In this document: in pieces, positions 1-10,779 of the stretch
Layout of the letters: each line of letters opens with the position of its first letter
Position numbering within the stretch: the first letter of the stretch is position 1
Assembly (NCBI RefSeq): GCF_009834535.1
Contig: NC_045704.1
Span: 51,336,001 to 51,400,000 of the forward strand
Origin: Camelus ferus
Lineage: Eukaryota
Direction of reading: 5' to 3'
Length of the DNA stretch: 64,000 bases
The notes under the pieces: generated by a model
What the model saw: only the letters and a program-made list of their open reading frames with translations
Told to the model about the DNA's origin: nothing
Databases searched by the model: none
Translations under genes and position numbers: made by a program

Positions 1-424
1 GCCCAGTGATTTTTGCAGCTCTTCCCCCCACTCTTGGAAACCTTTGCACCCAGTCGATCCCAGACCTCCATGGTTTGGTATGGAAACGAAGACCCATTTC
101 TCACATACACCTGTGTGAGCAAAACTTCCCATTCCATTCATCTGCAGATGACTGGGTCTAATTTCTTCTAGAAGGTCGATACACAAACACTGCAAAACTA
201 TAACTTCTGGGATGATTTTCTACACTCAATTTTCCAGGAACTAGCCCTGCAATATGTATAAATTGCCTCTAGATGGTGACAGAGAGTCAGGAGCACATGG
301 TCCTTTTAGCTGTAAATTGCAAAGGAGCACCTGCTTCTCAATGTCTTGTTGGAAATCTAAATCTTAGCCGATTTTAAAACTACATCTAAGACACTATAAA
401 GAATATATCAAGTTCACAGTAATC

Positions 425-782
425 TTTCTCAGTTCATTTGAGCTTCTGTAATAGAATTCCACAGCCTAGGTGGCTTAAAAACAACAGAAACTTCTTAGTT
501 CTGGAGGCTGGGAAGTTCAAGGTCAGGGTGACCACAGATTCAGTGTCTGGTGAGATCTGCTCTCTGGTCCATAGACAGCTTTCTTTTGGCTGTGTCCTCA
601 CACAGTGGCAGGGGCAAGGGGTCTCTCTGGGGTCTCTTTTATAAGGGTACTAACTCTTTTCCTGAGGTCTTGACCCTTATGACCCAATCACCTCCCAGAG
701 GCTCCACTCCCAAATGCCATCATACTGGGGGTTAGGGTTCAATATCTGAGTTGGGGGAGGCACAAACATTCAGTTCACTGCA
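425..782 (-). mobile_element. MaLR solo LTR, MLT1A0-like
   Basis: Antisense match to remembered MLT1A consensus over ~360 bp (ggcttaaaacaacagaaa, ttctggaggctgggaagttcaagg, ttttataaggg, end cacaaacattcagttcactgca). Confidence 0.85.
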
Positions 783-1037
783 TGAACCAACAGGAAAAAA
801 GAGAAAAATCTCTGTCATGTTGTATTTGGTCACACTTAGCCCAGAGCCTGGAACACAGCAGGCATTCAGTAAGTAGTTCTAAGAAGGAAGAGAGGGAGGA
901 AGGAAGGAAAGAAAGGAGGAAGGAAATGGTGACAAAATGGAGAGATTGCACAGTTTCACTTTTAACTATCGGAGAGCATTCCCCCTGTCTCTTTTACAAT
1001 CAGTGTCACAGTTCTAGGCATTGGTTTCTCATCTTTT

Positions 1038-1176
1038 CCTTTTTTCTTTTTTTAACGTTTTTTATTGAGTTATAGTCATTTTACAATGTGTCAAATTCCA
1101 GTGTAGAGCACAATTTTTCAGTTATACATGAACATATATATACTCATTGTCACTTTTTTTTTTTCACTTTGAGCTA
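1038..1176 (-). mobile_element. Young 5'-truncated L1 3' end (camelid L1-1_Vpa-like) with 16-bp TSD
   Basis: Poly-T tail plus ttttattgagttatagtcattttacaatg; identical TSD tggtttctcatctttt at 1022-1037 and 1177-1192. Confidence 0.9.
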
Positions 1177-1557
1177 TGGTTTCTCATCTTTTTAAACAGA
1201 CATAACTTTAACCTTTATTTCAAGATAATATGTTTTAAGCCATGTACCTCCTCCTGGCCAGAGCAAGAAATACACAGCAATCCCTGTTATTTATTCACTT
1301 TTCCCTCGATCTCTGCTCCGTGAAGATGCAGGGCTTTCTTCCACAGAAAGAAACACTCAGCCCCTCTCCCACCATGCGTGACCTTCACAGAGCGATGCTG
1401 TCCCTCCCCTGGCATTTTAAAGCTGCATTAAATGGTCTGTCAGGTTTTATTGAATAGATTCCTGCAGAAAGTATTTCCATGTTCAAAGAGAAAGATGTCC
1501 AAAGCCATGTATCCAAACTTAGAACAGGGTCAAACAGAAAGAGAAAACAAGACTTAC

Positions 1558-1747
1558 CTTATTTCAACACAGTAGCCAAAAAGAAAAACAAAGAGATGGA
1601 AATAGCTTTACGTCCTTGAAGCTCCGAGAGGCAAGGGCTGCCTTCTGGCTGATGTCTCAGAAACAAGGTGCTGTTAACAACACCGTCCTTAAAAACAGCG
1701 GGCAAGCGGGGAGATGGAGCAGGAGGAAGATGACAGAGCAGCAACTT
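1558..1747 (-). other. Candidate 190-nt exon, probably non-coding or UTR
   Basis: Minus-strand acceptor ...tctttttggatattatctctaaAG, perfect donor AAG|GTAAGT at 1558/1557; unique sequence; stops in all three frames, one being TAA just before the donor. Confidence 0.45.
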
Positions 1748-2326
1748 CTTTAGAGATAATATCCAAAAAGATAAGGTGTTTACCACCCAAAATAGTGAAA
1801 TTCAACAAATGACATGCATAGAATGATTTTTGTTGGGGACAATAGATTCTCCTCAAACACAATTTAGGAATTACCAACTGTCCCCACCTCCTCAAATTAT
1901 ACTTAGTCTCTCATTATACCTTCTTGAGACATTGGCATTGATTTCTTGTCTTTGTTACCTAATGTTTCTTTGCTCTATTTTCAGTCTTATCCCAAGCCCT
2001 ACGATGAAAAGTAGTTTGTCTGCTCAAGGCTGAAGAGGCAGTGTTAGAACTAGACTCCCTATTCCTATTAAGAAACTCAACGCCAAGTTCTGCATTCTGC
2101 ATAATGATGAATGAAATGGATAGTTTACAAAAGCTCTGGAAAAATACCAGGCTGCCTGAGAAAGGGAAATGACTTTAGTCTACATGAAGCGTTCTCTCAT
2201 TCTCCACCACCAGATCTCATCATGCACAGGCTTAGACATCTGCCCCAAGGATTCCCCAACTCACAGCTCTAATGCCAGCCCGTCTTCCCAAAGCCCAGGA
2301 CCGCCAAGACTGGGAACGACTACTGC

Positions 2327-2460
2327 TAATCAGAATCACCTGGGCAATTCTTAGATCTGCCATTCTTGGGCATCCCTGTGAATATCCCAATGAAGTGGGT
2401 CTGGGATGAGGCCCAGACATCTGTCTTTGCACCAACACCTGGGTGTTTCTGATGTAACTA
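2327..2460 (-). mobile_element. MER5A fragment (hAT-Charlie)
   Basis: atcagaatcacctggg...gtgggtctgggatgaggccc matches MER5A antisense. Confidence 0.65.
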
Positions 2461-2725
2461 AATCTATTACACACTCGTAATTGTGGCCCACTGTGCATGC
2501 ACCTCCACTTGAATGCCAGCACTATTTCCCAGTCAACAGATTGAAAGCTTCTGGGACGCCTTTGACTCATTTCTGATTGTCAGCCGAGGGAGGCTGGAGA
2601 GGGATTCGAGGAGGTGAGCTGCCCCAGCCGGAAGAAGGCACGAGGAGCCGACATGCCCTGAATGAGGCTGAGCCAGGAGCCAAGGAGCCAACGTGGAGCG
2701 AAACAGCATTTCATTCTAGCACAAC

Positions 2726-2827
2726 AAGATGGCGCGTCCCCAGTGTGGCGCACTTGTCCTTTTTTATATTGCTAGTGGCGCATGCGTAGTGTTCATAATG
2801 TGGACTCACGCTACTAGCGCATGCGTA
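2726..2827. promoter_or_regulatory. Core promoter: two NRF1-type sites, minus-strand TATA box, YY1 motif
   Basis: GCGCATGCGT at 2778-2787 and 2817-2826; TATAAAAA on minus strand 2768-2761; AAGATGGCG at 2726-2734; local CpG retention. Confidence 0.7.
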
Positions 2828-3486
2828 TATTTACCCCTTACCAGGTGCAAGCTATCGTGAACTTTGGTCTGGGCCCCACGGCCTACTTACTCACTTAAGG
2901 CTGCCGACACTGACTCACGGAGGAAGCAAAGTGTGGTAGAAAGAATAAAGGATGGGCTCAGGATTGAATCCTTGATACAGTGATGAGCGGGAGGTATTTG
3001 GTTTGATTTGATTTTCGAATTTTGGAGAAGGTGATATGCCTTCTGCATCTTTTCTTCTCCCTTCTTCTGGTTTAATCTACAATTTAGACCTGCCCAAACA
3101 TAAGAACACTTTTTTTTTTGTGTGTGTGGCAAAAAATTACTGGCCAAAGAGGTGGAGTCTGGACTCAGGTGTGACCTATTAGAATCACTGACTGCTGTTG
3201 ATCTACACAATTTGGGAGAATGAACCCGTCTTTCGGCTAAGGTTGTCACAATATGTGATTGAAGCCTGGATTTGTCCTCCTGAGCTGCAAAAAATGAAGC
3301 CCATCGAGTAGGAAGGAAAACATACAGGCTCCAGTTTGAGACCATAATTCTTGTACCTTCTCCTCAAATCCTTGAAATCACTGTCATTTAAGCCAAGAAA
3401 CCTCTTTTCCAACTCCTTTCCTCTTTAAGTTGGTCTGTACTGGGTTCCTATCACTTTTAATCAAAGCTGTCCTCGTACTTTTGCTA

Positions 3487-3640
3487 TGTGACCTTGAATG
3501 CAAAGCTTTTAACTTGTGCGGCTCTCACATGGGGTGAATCATCCCTACTTCACATCTTTTTATTTTCATGAGGGTTGAATAAAACATATGAAGTGTCTGG
3601 TGCAGAACCTAAAACCACTGGTGCTCAGTAAATGGTAGCC
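3487..3640 (+). mobile_element. MIR fragment
   Basis: tgtgaccttg... to gtgctcagtaaatggtagc, MIR core and 3' end. Confidence 0.6.
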
Positions 3641-3645
3641 CTTCT

Positions 3646-3670
3646 CCCCCCCCCCCCCCCTTTTTTTTTT
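3646..3670. repeat. C15-T10 abutting homopolymers
   Basis: Read directly. Confidence 0.95.
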
Positions 3671-4107
3671 AACTTCTTTGAACCTTATTCCTACTTTCTG
3701 AGGCTGTGAACTCTTGCTCAGAGACAGATGCCATTGGAATGTTCTTTCATCCCAACTCCAGGCTGGACCCTGACATCACCCATCCGATTTCAGGGCTGCA
3801 GCTCCCAACACGGCACCTGGGTGTGCATTTGAAAATGGTGCTCCAGTGTTTACAGCAGCCAAGACGTTCTTGTTGTTGGTCAAGTAAGTCTAAGCACCTT
3901 GAGGCTCACCTTGATCATTTCAGCTGTAGGATGCCCCGCCTCTGCAGATATTCTCAACCTGGGTGGTGTGAGCCAAGTCCCAACCCCAGAGGTTACAAGT
4001 TAGTGGGTCTGAATGCTCATCGGGAGTGTTTCTGAAGCCCCCTGGCTCTCGGTGAATCTCATATGCAGTCGGTCAAGACCCAACCATTGTCCGGAGTCTC
4101 CTTACTC

Positions 4108-4258
4108 AGAGCGCAATCCCCAAATTCGCAGCATCTCCACCACCTGCAGCATCTCAGGCTTTGCCTCAGACCTGAATCAGTCCTGCACTAACCAAGAACC
4201 TGCTTGAGACCAAGGTTCCCAGGCGACTGTATGCACCTGAACATTTCAGAAGTGCTGC
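4108..4258 (+). mobile_element. MER5A1-like DNA transposon fossil
   Basis: cagacctgaatcag...cccaggcgactgtatgcac...ttcagaagtgctg. Confidence 0.6.
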
Positions 4259-4299
4259 TGCAGAGTCAAACAGATAGGACGTTGATGCCTGCTAGATGC

Positions 4300-4470
4300 A
4301 CTTAGACAGTCTCCTGCCCTCTAAAAGCCTCGGTTTCCCCATCTACAAGATGGCGATAAAAATAGTACCATCTCCCAGGGATGGAGGGAGGAGTAAAAGG
4401 GATCATCGTAAGTCAGGTGAGGTGACAGATGAAGCACCTGATGCTGATACATGATCGCCTCATTATCATT
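4300..4470 (+). mobile_element. MIR
   Basis: gcctcggtttccccatctacaagatgg core. Confidence 0.65.
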
Positions 4471-4859
4471 CATCCTCTCTGTCTCTCTCTCCATCTCTCT
4501 ACCTGCTGTGGTTGGGGGCGGGCAAAGCAGGATGCTGGCTGTATTATCCTGGGTAGCAGAGCCCACAGGAGGCTGGCAGATGTCATATTCACGTCCAGAT
4601 TAAACACTTCCAATTTTCACCACCCAAAGAGGTTGCAGCTCTCTTGATTTATCTGCATTCCCCAAACCACCACCACGATCTGGGCTTCTAGACACCCTCT
4701 CTACCCAGTTACACAATCACCAGCCCATGGAGACTGCTACATGGAGCCTACACCCCGTTACACAGGCGATTGGTTTCCAGAAGCCCAGCCCCATCACACG
4801 CCTGAGGCTGGTGTTTCCACAAGGCTGCCAGGCACAGTTTCAAGAGGCAGATCATTTAA

Positions 4860-5920
4860 AACCCATTATTGGAACTCAACTGGCTTTTGCAAGGAATTAA
4901 TTTAAGGAATCCAAGGTGCCAGTGGGATCATTGTAAAAGGGAGGGGAGGGGGGAGGTTTCTCATTTTTAAAGGCATCTGGGATCTATTTAGAGAGGTTCC
5001 AAACATCAGGGGCTGTGTCCAGACGGCAACCCAATACTTGATATTGCTCTCTCGCTCAGAGTTCTAGCATCCGCCGTGATTGGATGCAGTCTCTCTGAAA
5101 AGCTAATGTTGAACTGGGACATAATAACAGCCTCAGGACATCAGAGCCCGCGGTGCCTGCCCTGCAGTACTGGACGTTTTTATGTGCATTAAATTAAGAG
5201 CTTCCATCTCTCCGGACAAAGAGGGGTAGCACTTCCATGGTGGGTGGCCCCAATTAAACCCTGTGCCCAGTGAGTTTCCGCTGAGGCTGACTGGAAGGCA
5301 GCCAGCGCTGATTAGAAAGCAGGTACCTCAAATGGTGCAGGGCTGGCATAATGAAAAGCCCTGGAAAACTGCTAAATGACACAGAGGAAAATCATTACAA
5401 TCGAAACTTCCCCCCATGCTCCCTCATGCCTCCAAAAAAAAAAAAAAACAAAACACCACTTCTTCAGAATTGCTTAAAGATCGCTTTGCCCAGTGAGTTA
5501 ACTGTACAGTAAATGAAAGATCTCTCACAAACATGTAGCTTTGAACACATTCCTCTAATGAGGAAACACTTATTTGGTTTAAAAGCACAGAAAGAGGAGG
5601 CAGACAAAAAACAAAACAAAAACAACCCCCTCTCCCCCCGCAAAAAAAACCCAAAAAGTAGATAAATTGCCACAAACACCATAGAGCTGGCAGGTAGTTT
5701 CGTGTGGGAGGTTGGCAGATATGACTTAATTTAAAATCAGTAATATGTGTCTGTTTTTTCACGATGACAAAACCAATACAAGCTCTTTTTGAAAACCTCG
5801 AATAACAAACTGTAAGGAGAGAATAAGAGTAATTCATTATCCAGCCCTCAAAGATGACCACAGATAACATGGTATCTTCCTTCTGTAAGCACTGTTCATA
5901 GGATGCAGTCTCAACCACAT
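4860..5920. promoter_or_regulatory. Repeat-free block rich in homeodomain-type motifs, candidate enhancer
   Basis: ~1 kb with no recognisable TE; many TAAT/ATTA cores (ggaattaattt, cattaaattaa, caattaaa, tgattag, cataatga) and TTTTATG; conservation not testable here. Confidence 0.35.
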
Positions 5921-6186
5921 CCTATATACTTTTGTGTACTGCTTCGTTCATTATATCTGCAATATGTTGCAGGTATTTAAATTCCCGGTACCATCACTGT
6001 TAATGGCTGGGGCGTGGTCTGTCACATAAGACACCTAACACAACTTTGGACACTCTCTTGTTGTGGGACAGCTGAGCAGCAAGAACATCCAGACCATCGC
6101 TCCAGTAATGGGGGAGGGAGGTGGGGACGAAAATTCCTTGAGTGACCCTGGACCAAACATTCTACCAGGGAATGTTCTGTAGGGTT

Positions 6187-6360
6187 CCTCATTTAACCCT
6201 CCACCAGCCCTCTGAGGGGGTTATTCTAATCCCTCCTTATCAGATAAGGAAACTGGGGTTCATGGATGGGTGAGGTCACTGGCCAAGGTTACCAGCTAGT
6301 GAGACTAGAGCCAGGAGGAAGACCGAAGTGTGTCAGATCCTGCCTTCATTCTTCCTCCTC
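6187..6360 (-). mobile_element. MIR
   Basis: cagataaggaaactggggttca...gtcactggccaaggttaccagctagt. Confidence 0.75.
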
Positions 6361-6372
6361 ATCCATTTGCAG

Positions 6373-6443
6373 ACACAAAACCGTGTACTCAAAAGACCAT
6401 GAGTATGGAGTCCGAGGGTTGTTTGTTGCATACCATGCAAAAG
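6373..6443 (+). other. Candidate 71-nt exon
   Basis: Acceptor cctgccttcattcttcctcctcatccatttgcAG (6371-6372); perfect donor AAG|GTAAGT (6444). Confidence 0.5.
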
Positions 6444-7174
6444 GTAAGTGCTCCCTGAATACATGTTTCATAAAAACCCTTCATTCTACTTTGAATTTCA
6501 CAAGTGCTATCCCTCACAAACCTAGCAATTGCCCCCACAAAGTGTTACATTCACAAGGTCATATCTTTTCCCAAGACCTACAGTTAAAATTTTTAATTTT
6601 GCATATGAAAGATATCGTAGGTTGAGTTAATAATGTAGAACAAAAGGCAGACACGGGTCTCAGAAAGCTCCACTGTGGTATATGCGGGCTTGAGATTGGT
6701 TGAGAAAGAAATAGGAACAACGATAACAACAATAATAAAAGTGACTACCACTAATCGATAGCTTACTTGGTCATGGGCTGAGCCCTGGGAACATTTAGAG
6801 ACAAGAGGGCATCAGAGTACTCTGCAGCACGGTTGCCTAATCTGGAAAATGAAAGTAAGAATGTCTAATGCACAGAGAAGTTAAGTAATTCCCAGCTGAC
6901 ATGATCTGGGTGAGGGGCAGTGGGAGAATCTGAAAGCAGGTCTACTACTTTCCAAAAAAGCACATTCCAAAAACGCACGTTTCTCCATGTCACCATCCTT
7001 TATTGGGTAGCATGGAGCACTCGGCCAGGGGGTACAACACCCCTACTCCCCATCCTGCCATCAGGAGTTTCAGGTTTCCAGGGAGTATCACTGAAGGAAG
7101 AAATTCTACCCCTGGGGTCTATACTGAATGCAATATAATATAAAGACCAGTAAACAACTTAACAGGTGCAAAGA

Positions 7175-7306
7175 AATAACCTATCATGAAAAAGAGTCTG
7201 AAAAAGAATAAATATAAATGTATACCTGAATCACTGTGCTGTACACCAGAAACTAACACAACATTTTACTGATTTACTAATCAACTATACTCAAATTTTT
7301 TAAAAA
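7175..7306 (+). mobile_element. L1 3' end (cetartiodactyl L1_Art-like), degenerate TSD
   Basis: ctgaatcactgtgctgtacaccagaaactaacacaacatt; TSD aggtg(c/g)aaaga at 7164-7174 and 7309-7319. Confidence 0.85.
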
Positions 7307-7809
7307 AAAGGTGGAAAGAGAGGAAATAGGGTGTGAAAAGGTATCATCAAATATTAAAATTGGTACATATTACATTTTTATAGATTTTTAACTTTGACCC
7401 TTACAATAACCCTGTGAGATTGGTAATATAAATAGCAATTGATCAACTCTAAGCTAGAACACAGATGACAGTCTTTTTGAATCTTCTTTACTCCATCTTT
7501 ATGTTAAGACAGATGATGACTGGATATACCCCCTCCCTTAAAATCGGACCACACGTGGTGTGACCCCTAAATCTCTTGTACTATTGGAAGTCTGGTGGCC
7601 TTGGCAGAATTGGAGTGACTTCCCAGACATCTGCCTTGCAGGTTTCTCCCGACACTCCCACTGAACTCTCCATGTCCCCAACGCTCACCTCGTCCACTGT
7701 TCTGTCTTCTGCCCTGCATCAACCCAGACACGGAATGCAGTGCTCTTGGTTTGTCCAAAACCACTCATGAAAGGCATCTGTGTGTGTAGCAGTTGTTACT
7801 AAATAAAAA

Positions 7810-8445
7810 ATGCTTTTTAATTTTTATCGTGGTAAAATACTGTCTTCTTCAGGAGGAACACAAGACATAGGACATATGTAGATATATAGAATAAGGGTTA
7901 TTATGAGGGATTGGCTCACCCAACTACGAGGCTGGGAAGTCCCACCGCCTGCTCTCTGCAGGCTGGGGGCCCAGGAAAGCCAGGGCTGTGGTTCCAGCCC
8001 AAGCCTGAAGGCCTGAGAACTAGTGGGCCCAGGGGTCTAAGTCCTGGTCCAAAGGCCCAAGAACCAGAAGTGCTGAAGTCCGAGTGCAAGGGAAGGTGAA
8101 TATCCCAGCTGAGGCACAGAGAACGAGTTTACCCTTCTTCCCACTTTGGGAACTTTTTCTTCTCAATAGATTGGATGATGCCTACAGGCTTTGGTGAGGG
8201 TTGATCTCTTAACTCAGGCTACCCACTTAAATGCTAATCTTTTCCAGAATCACCCTCACAGACACACCCAGAAATAATGTTTTATGGGTTATCTGGGCAT
8301 CCTTTGCCCAGTCAAGCTGACACATAAAACTAATCATCAGAAGTCCACAAAACATACAATTTTCTGTTGTAACCACTTGAAAGTGTACGATTCGGTGGCA
8401 TTAAGTGTGTCCACAATGTCGTACAACAGTCACTACCATCCAACG
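7810..8445 (-). mobile_element. Old L1MB-type 3' end split by the MLT2B LTR
   Basis: tttttatcgtggtaaaatac (to 7840) continues as aaaacatacaatttt...gtggcattaag...cactaccatcca after ~8348. Confidence 0.65.
7841..8340 (-). mobile_element. ERVL solo LTR, MLT2B
   Basis: gaaggcctgagaac, cacagacacacccagaaataatgtttta, cccagtcaagctgacacataaaactaatcatca. Confidence 0.88.
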
Positions 8446-9240
8446 GATTTACATCATGGAGGTCTAAGCTGATGTATAGTGATACCAGATATCCCTGTCT
8501 TACAAGGCATCTGGCCACCCACCAGGTCATGTAAGATCTCCATAAACCCAAAGACTTCTCTCCCTGCCTTTCTTTTTCCCCTGCCTTTTCTGCCAAACAG
8601 TTTCGCCTTCAATCTGTCCAGTTCCAACTCTATCTGACTGTATCAAATAACTCATGAATGTGCTCTACCGAAATAGAAGGTCATTCATTCCTTGCTTCCC
8701 CCCTTAGGAGAACAGAATCACAAAAGCACCGATGCTTCAGACCCCTTTTCTGCTTACCAGGTCTCAGTAAGTGCAAAGAGGCTGGGATGAGATTGATTTC
8801 CTTGTGGCTATGAAGCGTGCCCTTTCCCTCAGAAGGAAGAAATAGGAATCATCAGTTCAGGCTTAAGATCAAAAATTGTTGCTGACAACTTTTACAATGT
8901 AAAAGCTGGAATGCCTTCTGTGAACCGTGGAGCATGGAGTGAAACCAAGCCGGGTCTTCATCACCAGTTCAGACTGATCTAATGGATCCATTGATAAAGG
9001 TTGATCCAAGGCCATCCTTGGCATAAGCCTGAGCTCAGAGTTCTTAATGTGAAGACTTTCAAACTATCCCAACCCCTCCAAGATAGGTTGGTAACCCTTC
9101 TCTCTGATCTTTGAACACTCAGTATTTTGCTCTGTCACAGGGCAGAGAAAATTAAACTAGAAACTAAAATAAAGTGGGGTGGCTTCCCTATTGGAATTTG
9201 AGCTTCTGAGATCGAGGGACTATGCTAATTCCATCTTAAA

Positions 9241-9460
9241 TGGTGGTTCTCAACTGGGGACAGTCCCTGTACCCAGGGGACATTTGGCAATGTCTGGAGA
9301 TGTTTGGGGGTTGTCATAACTGGGTTAGGAATTGCTAAATAATTGCATTTATTGTGCAGAGGCCAAGATGTTGCTAAACAGCCCACACTGCGCAGAATGG
9401 AACACCCCAAACAGAATTATCCCATCCAAATGTCAATAGTGCCAAAGTTGAGAAATCTTG
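9241..9460 (+). mobile_element. MER20, full length (hAT-Charlie)
   Basis: ggttctcaac...ggggacatttggcaatgtctggaga...aatgtcaatagtgccaaagttgagaaa. Confidence 0.9.
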
Positions 9461-9470
9461 ATCTTAAAAG

Positions 9471-9750
9471 TTGTTCATTTAGCAAATATTTATTAAGCAC
9501 TATCTATGTGTCACACTTTGTGCTAAGAGTTGGAAAACTTGTGCCTGTTTCCTTACCATGACTATTTTTGTGATAATAATAGTAAACACCCAGTGCGCAT
9601 TAAAAGGTGTAGGGTCCTATGTTAACTCTTCACATATCTAACATTTCCTCCTGTTATCTTACCAATAGCTCTGTAATGGCATCATCTCAAATGATAGAGT
9701 GGAAGCCCAGAGAGGTTAAGTAACTTTCCTAAGGCAACATAGCCTCTGGC
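9471..9750 (-). mobile_element. L2 3' end (9471-9540) followed by MIR (~9575-9750)
   Basis: ttcatttagcaaatatttattaagcac; agcccagagaggttaagtaactttcctaaggcaac. Confidence 0.7.
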
Positions 9751-10421
9751 TTAGGTATCCTGATTTGTAACAATCAAAATAATTGCCCACCACCTAAAAA
9801 GCAATTAGGAATCAGAGTATATACCTCGAAAAACTGTTACAAAGGTTATTTACGTTACCTCATTTTTTTATATGTAATGATTCGACAGATATAGCAGGCT
9901 TTCAGGACAGAATCTTGAGAATGACTTTTGCTATGGTGAGTGGTTTGAAAGATGCTAGACTGTCACTTGAGGTAAGAGAGAGGACAGGAAGTCTAAAAAG
10001 GGACTATGATTGCAGGGGACCTTGAATGCCAAATTATTCCCCAGGAATGATGGATTTTTTAAAAGCTTAAAATTAGAATTTTTATTTTATCTTGAAGCCT
10101 ACATTGAGGAAATTAGATAACCCTCTGCATTGTTTTCTGCATTGAAAGTAATAATACAATGATCATTTTGGTTTTCTACAAGCCCATGCACATTTTGGCT
10201 ACTTAGCATAATTTTTTTTTTAAAATGTGAATATTCAAGTAAATAATTTCTCAGATTACTCTAACACATGCAGTTCTATCACCCATATTTTAATTATTTT
10301 TATATTTTTAAAATTCTAGAATATATAGAATTATAGAAAACAATGATGTATCCATATGTTTAGTATTATAACCACCTGGATGATAAATTTTTGATGAAGA
10401 CCCTCTACAGGAGAACGTGCA

Positions 10422-10429
10422 TGTGTGTG

Positions 10430-10477
<48 letters not shown>
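10422..10477. repeat. (TG)n microsatellite, ~28 units, one interruption
   Basis: Read directly. Confidence 0.97.
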
Positions 10478-10779
10478 GGGGAGGGGAGATCAATGTATGT
10501 CAGAAAACAGAGAGAGAATCCTGCTAAATGATACTGATGATGAGAGCCTGGACCAACTGACAAAAGAAACAGCTCCATTTCTCAGTATCTCAATCTGTCC
10601 CCCTTTCAGTAAATATTTCTACTTCTTCACACAGGAAGAATATACTGTGTCCTCTGGTTTTACCACGATCCTCCGAGAAGGAATAAATGGGGAAATGTTT
10701 GAAAGAAGAAATGGGGAAGAGCCAGGAAGTCTGGGAAACCCACTGGTCCACGATGTGGGTCTGACCCCAAGGGCGGGAG

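Noticed and set aside
6374-6443. Resemblance of YSKDHEYGVRGLFVAY to a CUB-domain C-terminal motif
   Set aside because: Only spacing similarity over a few residues, no other CUB exons found, and the acceptor appears MIR-derived
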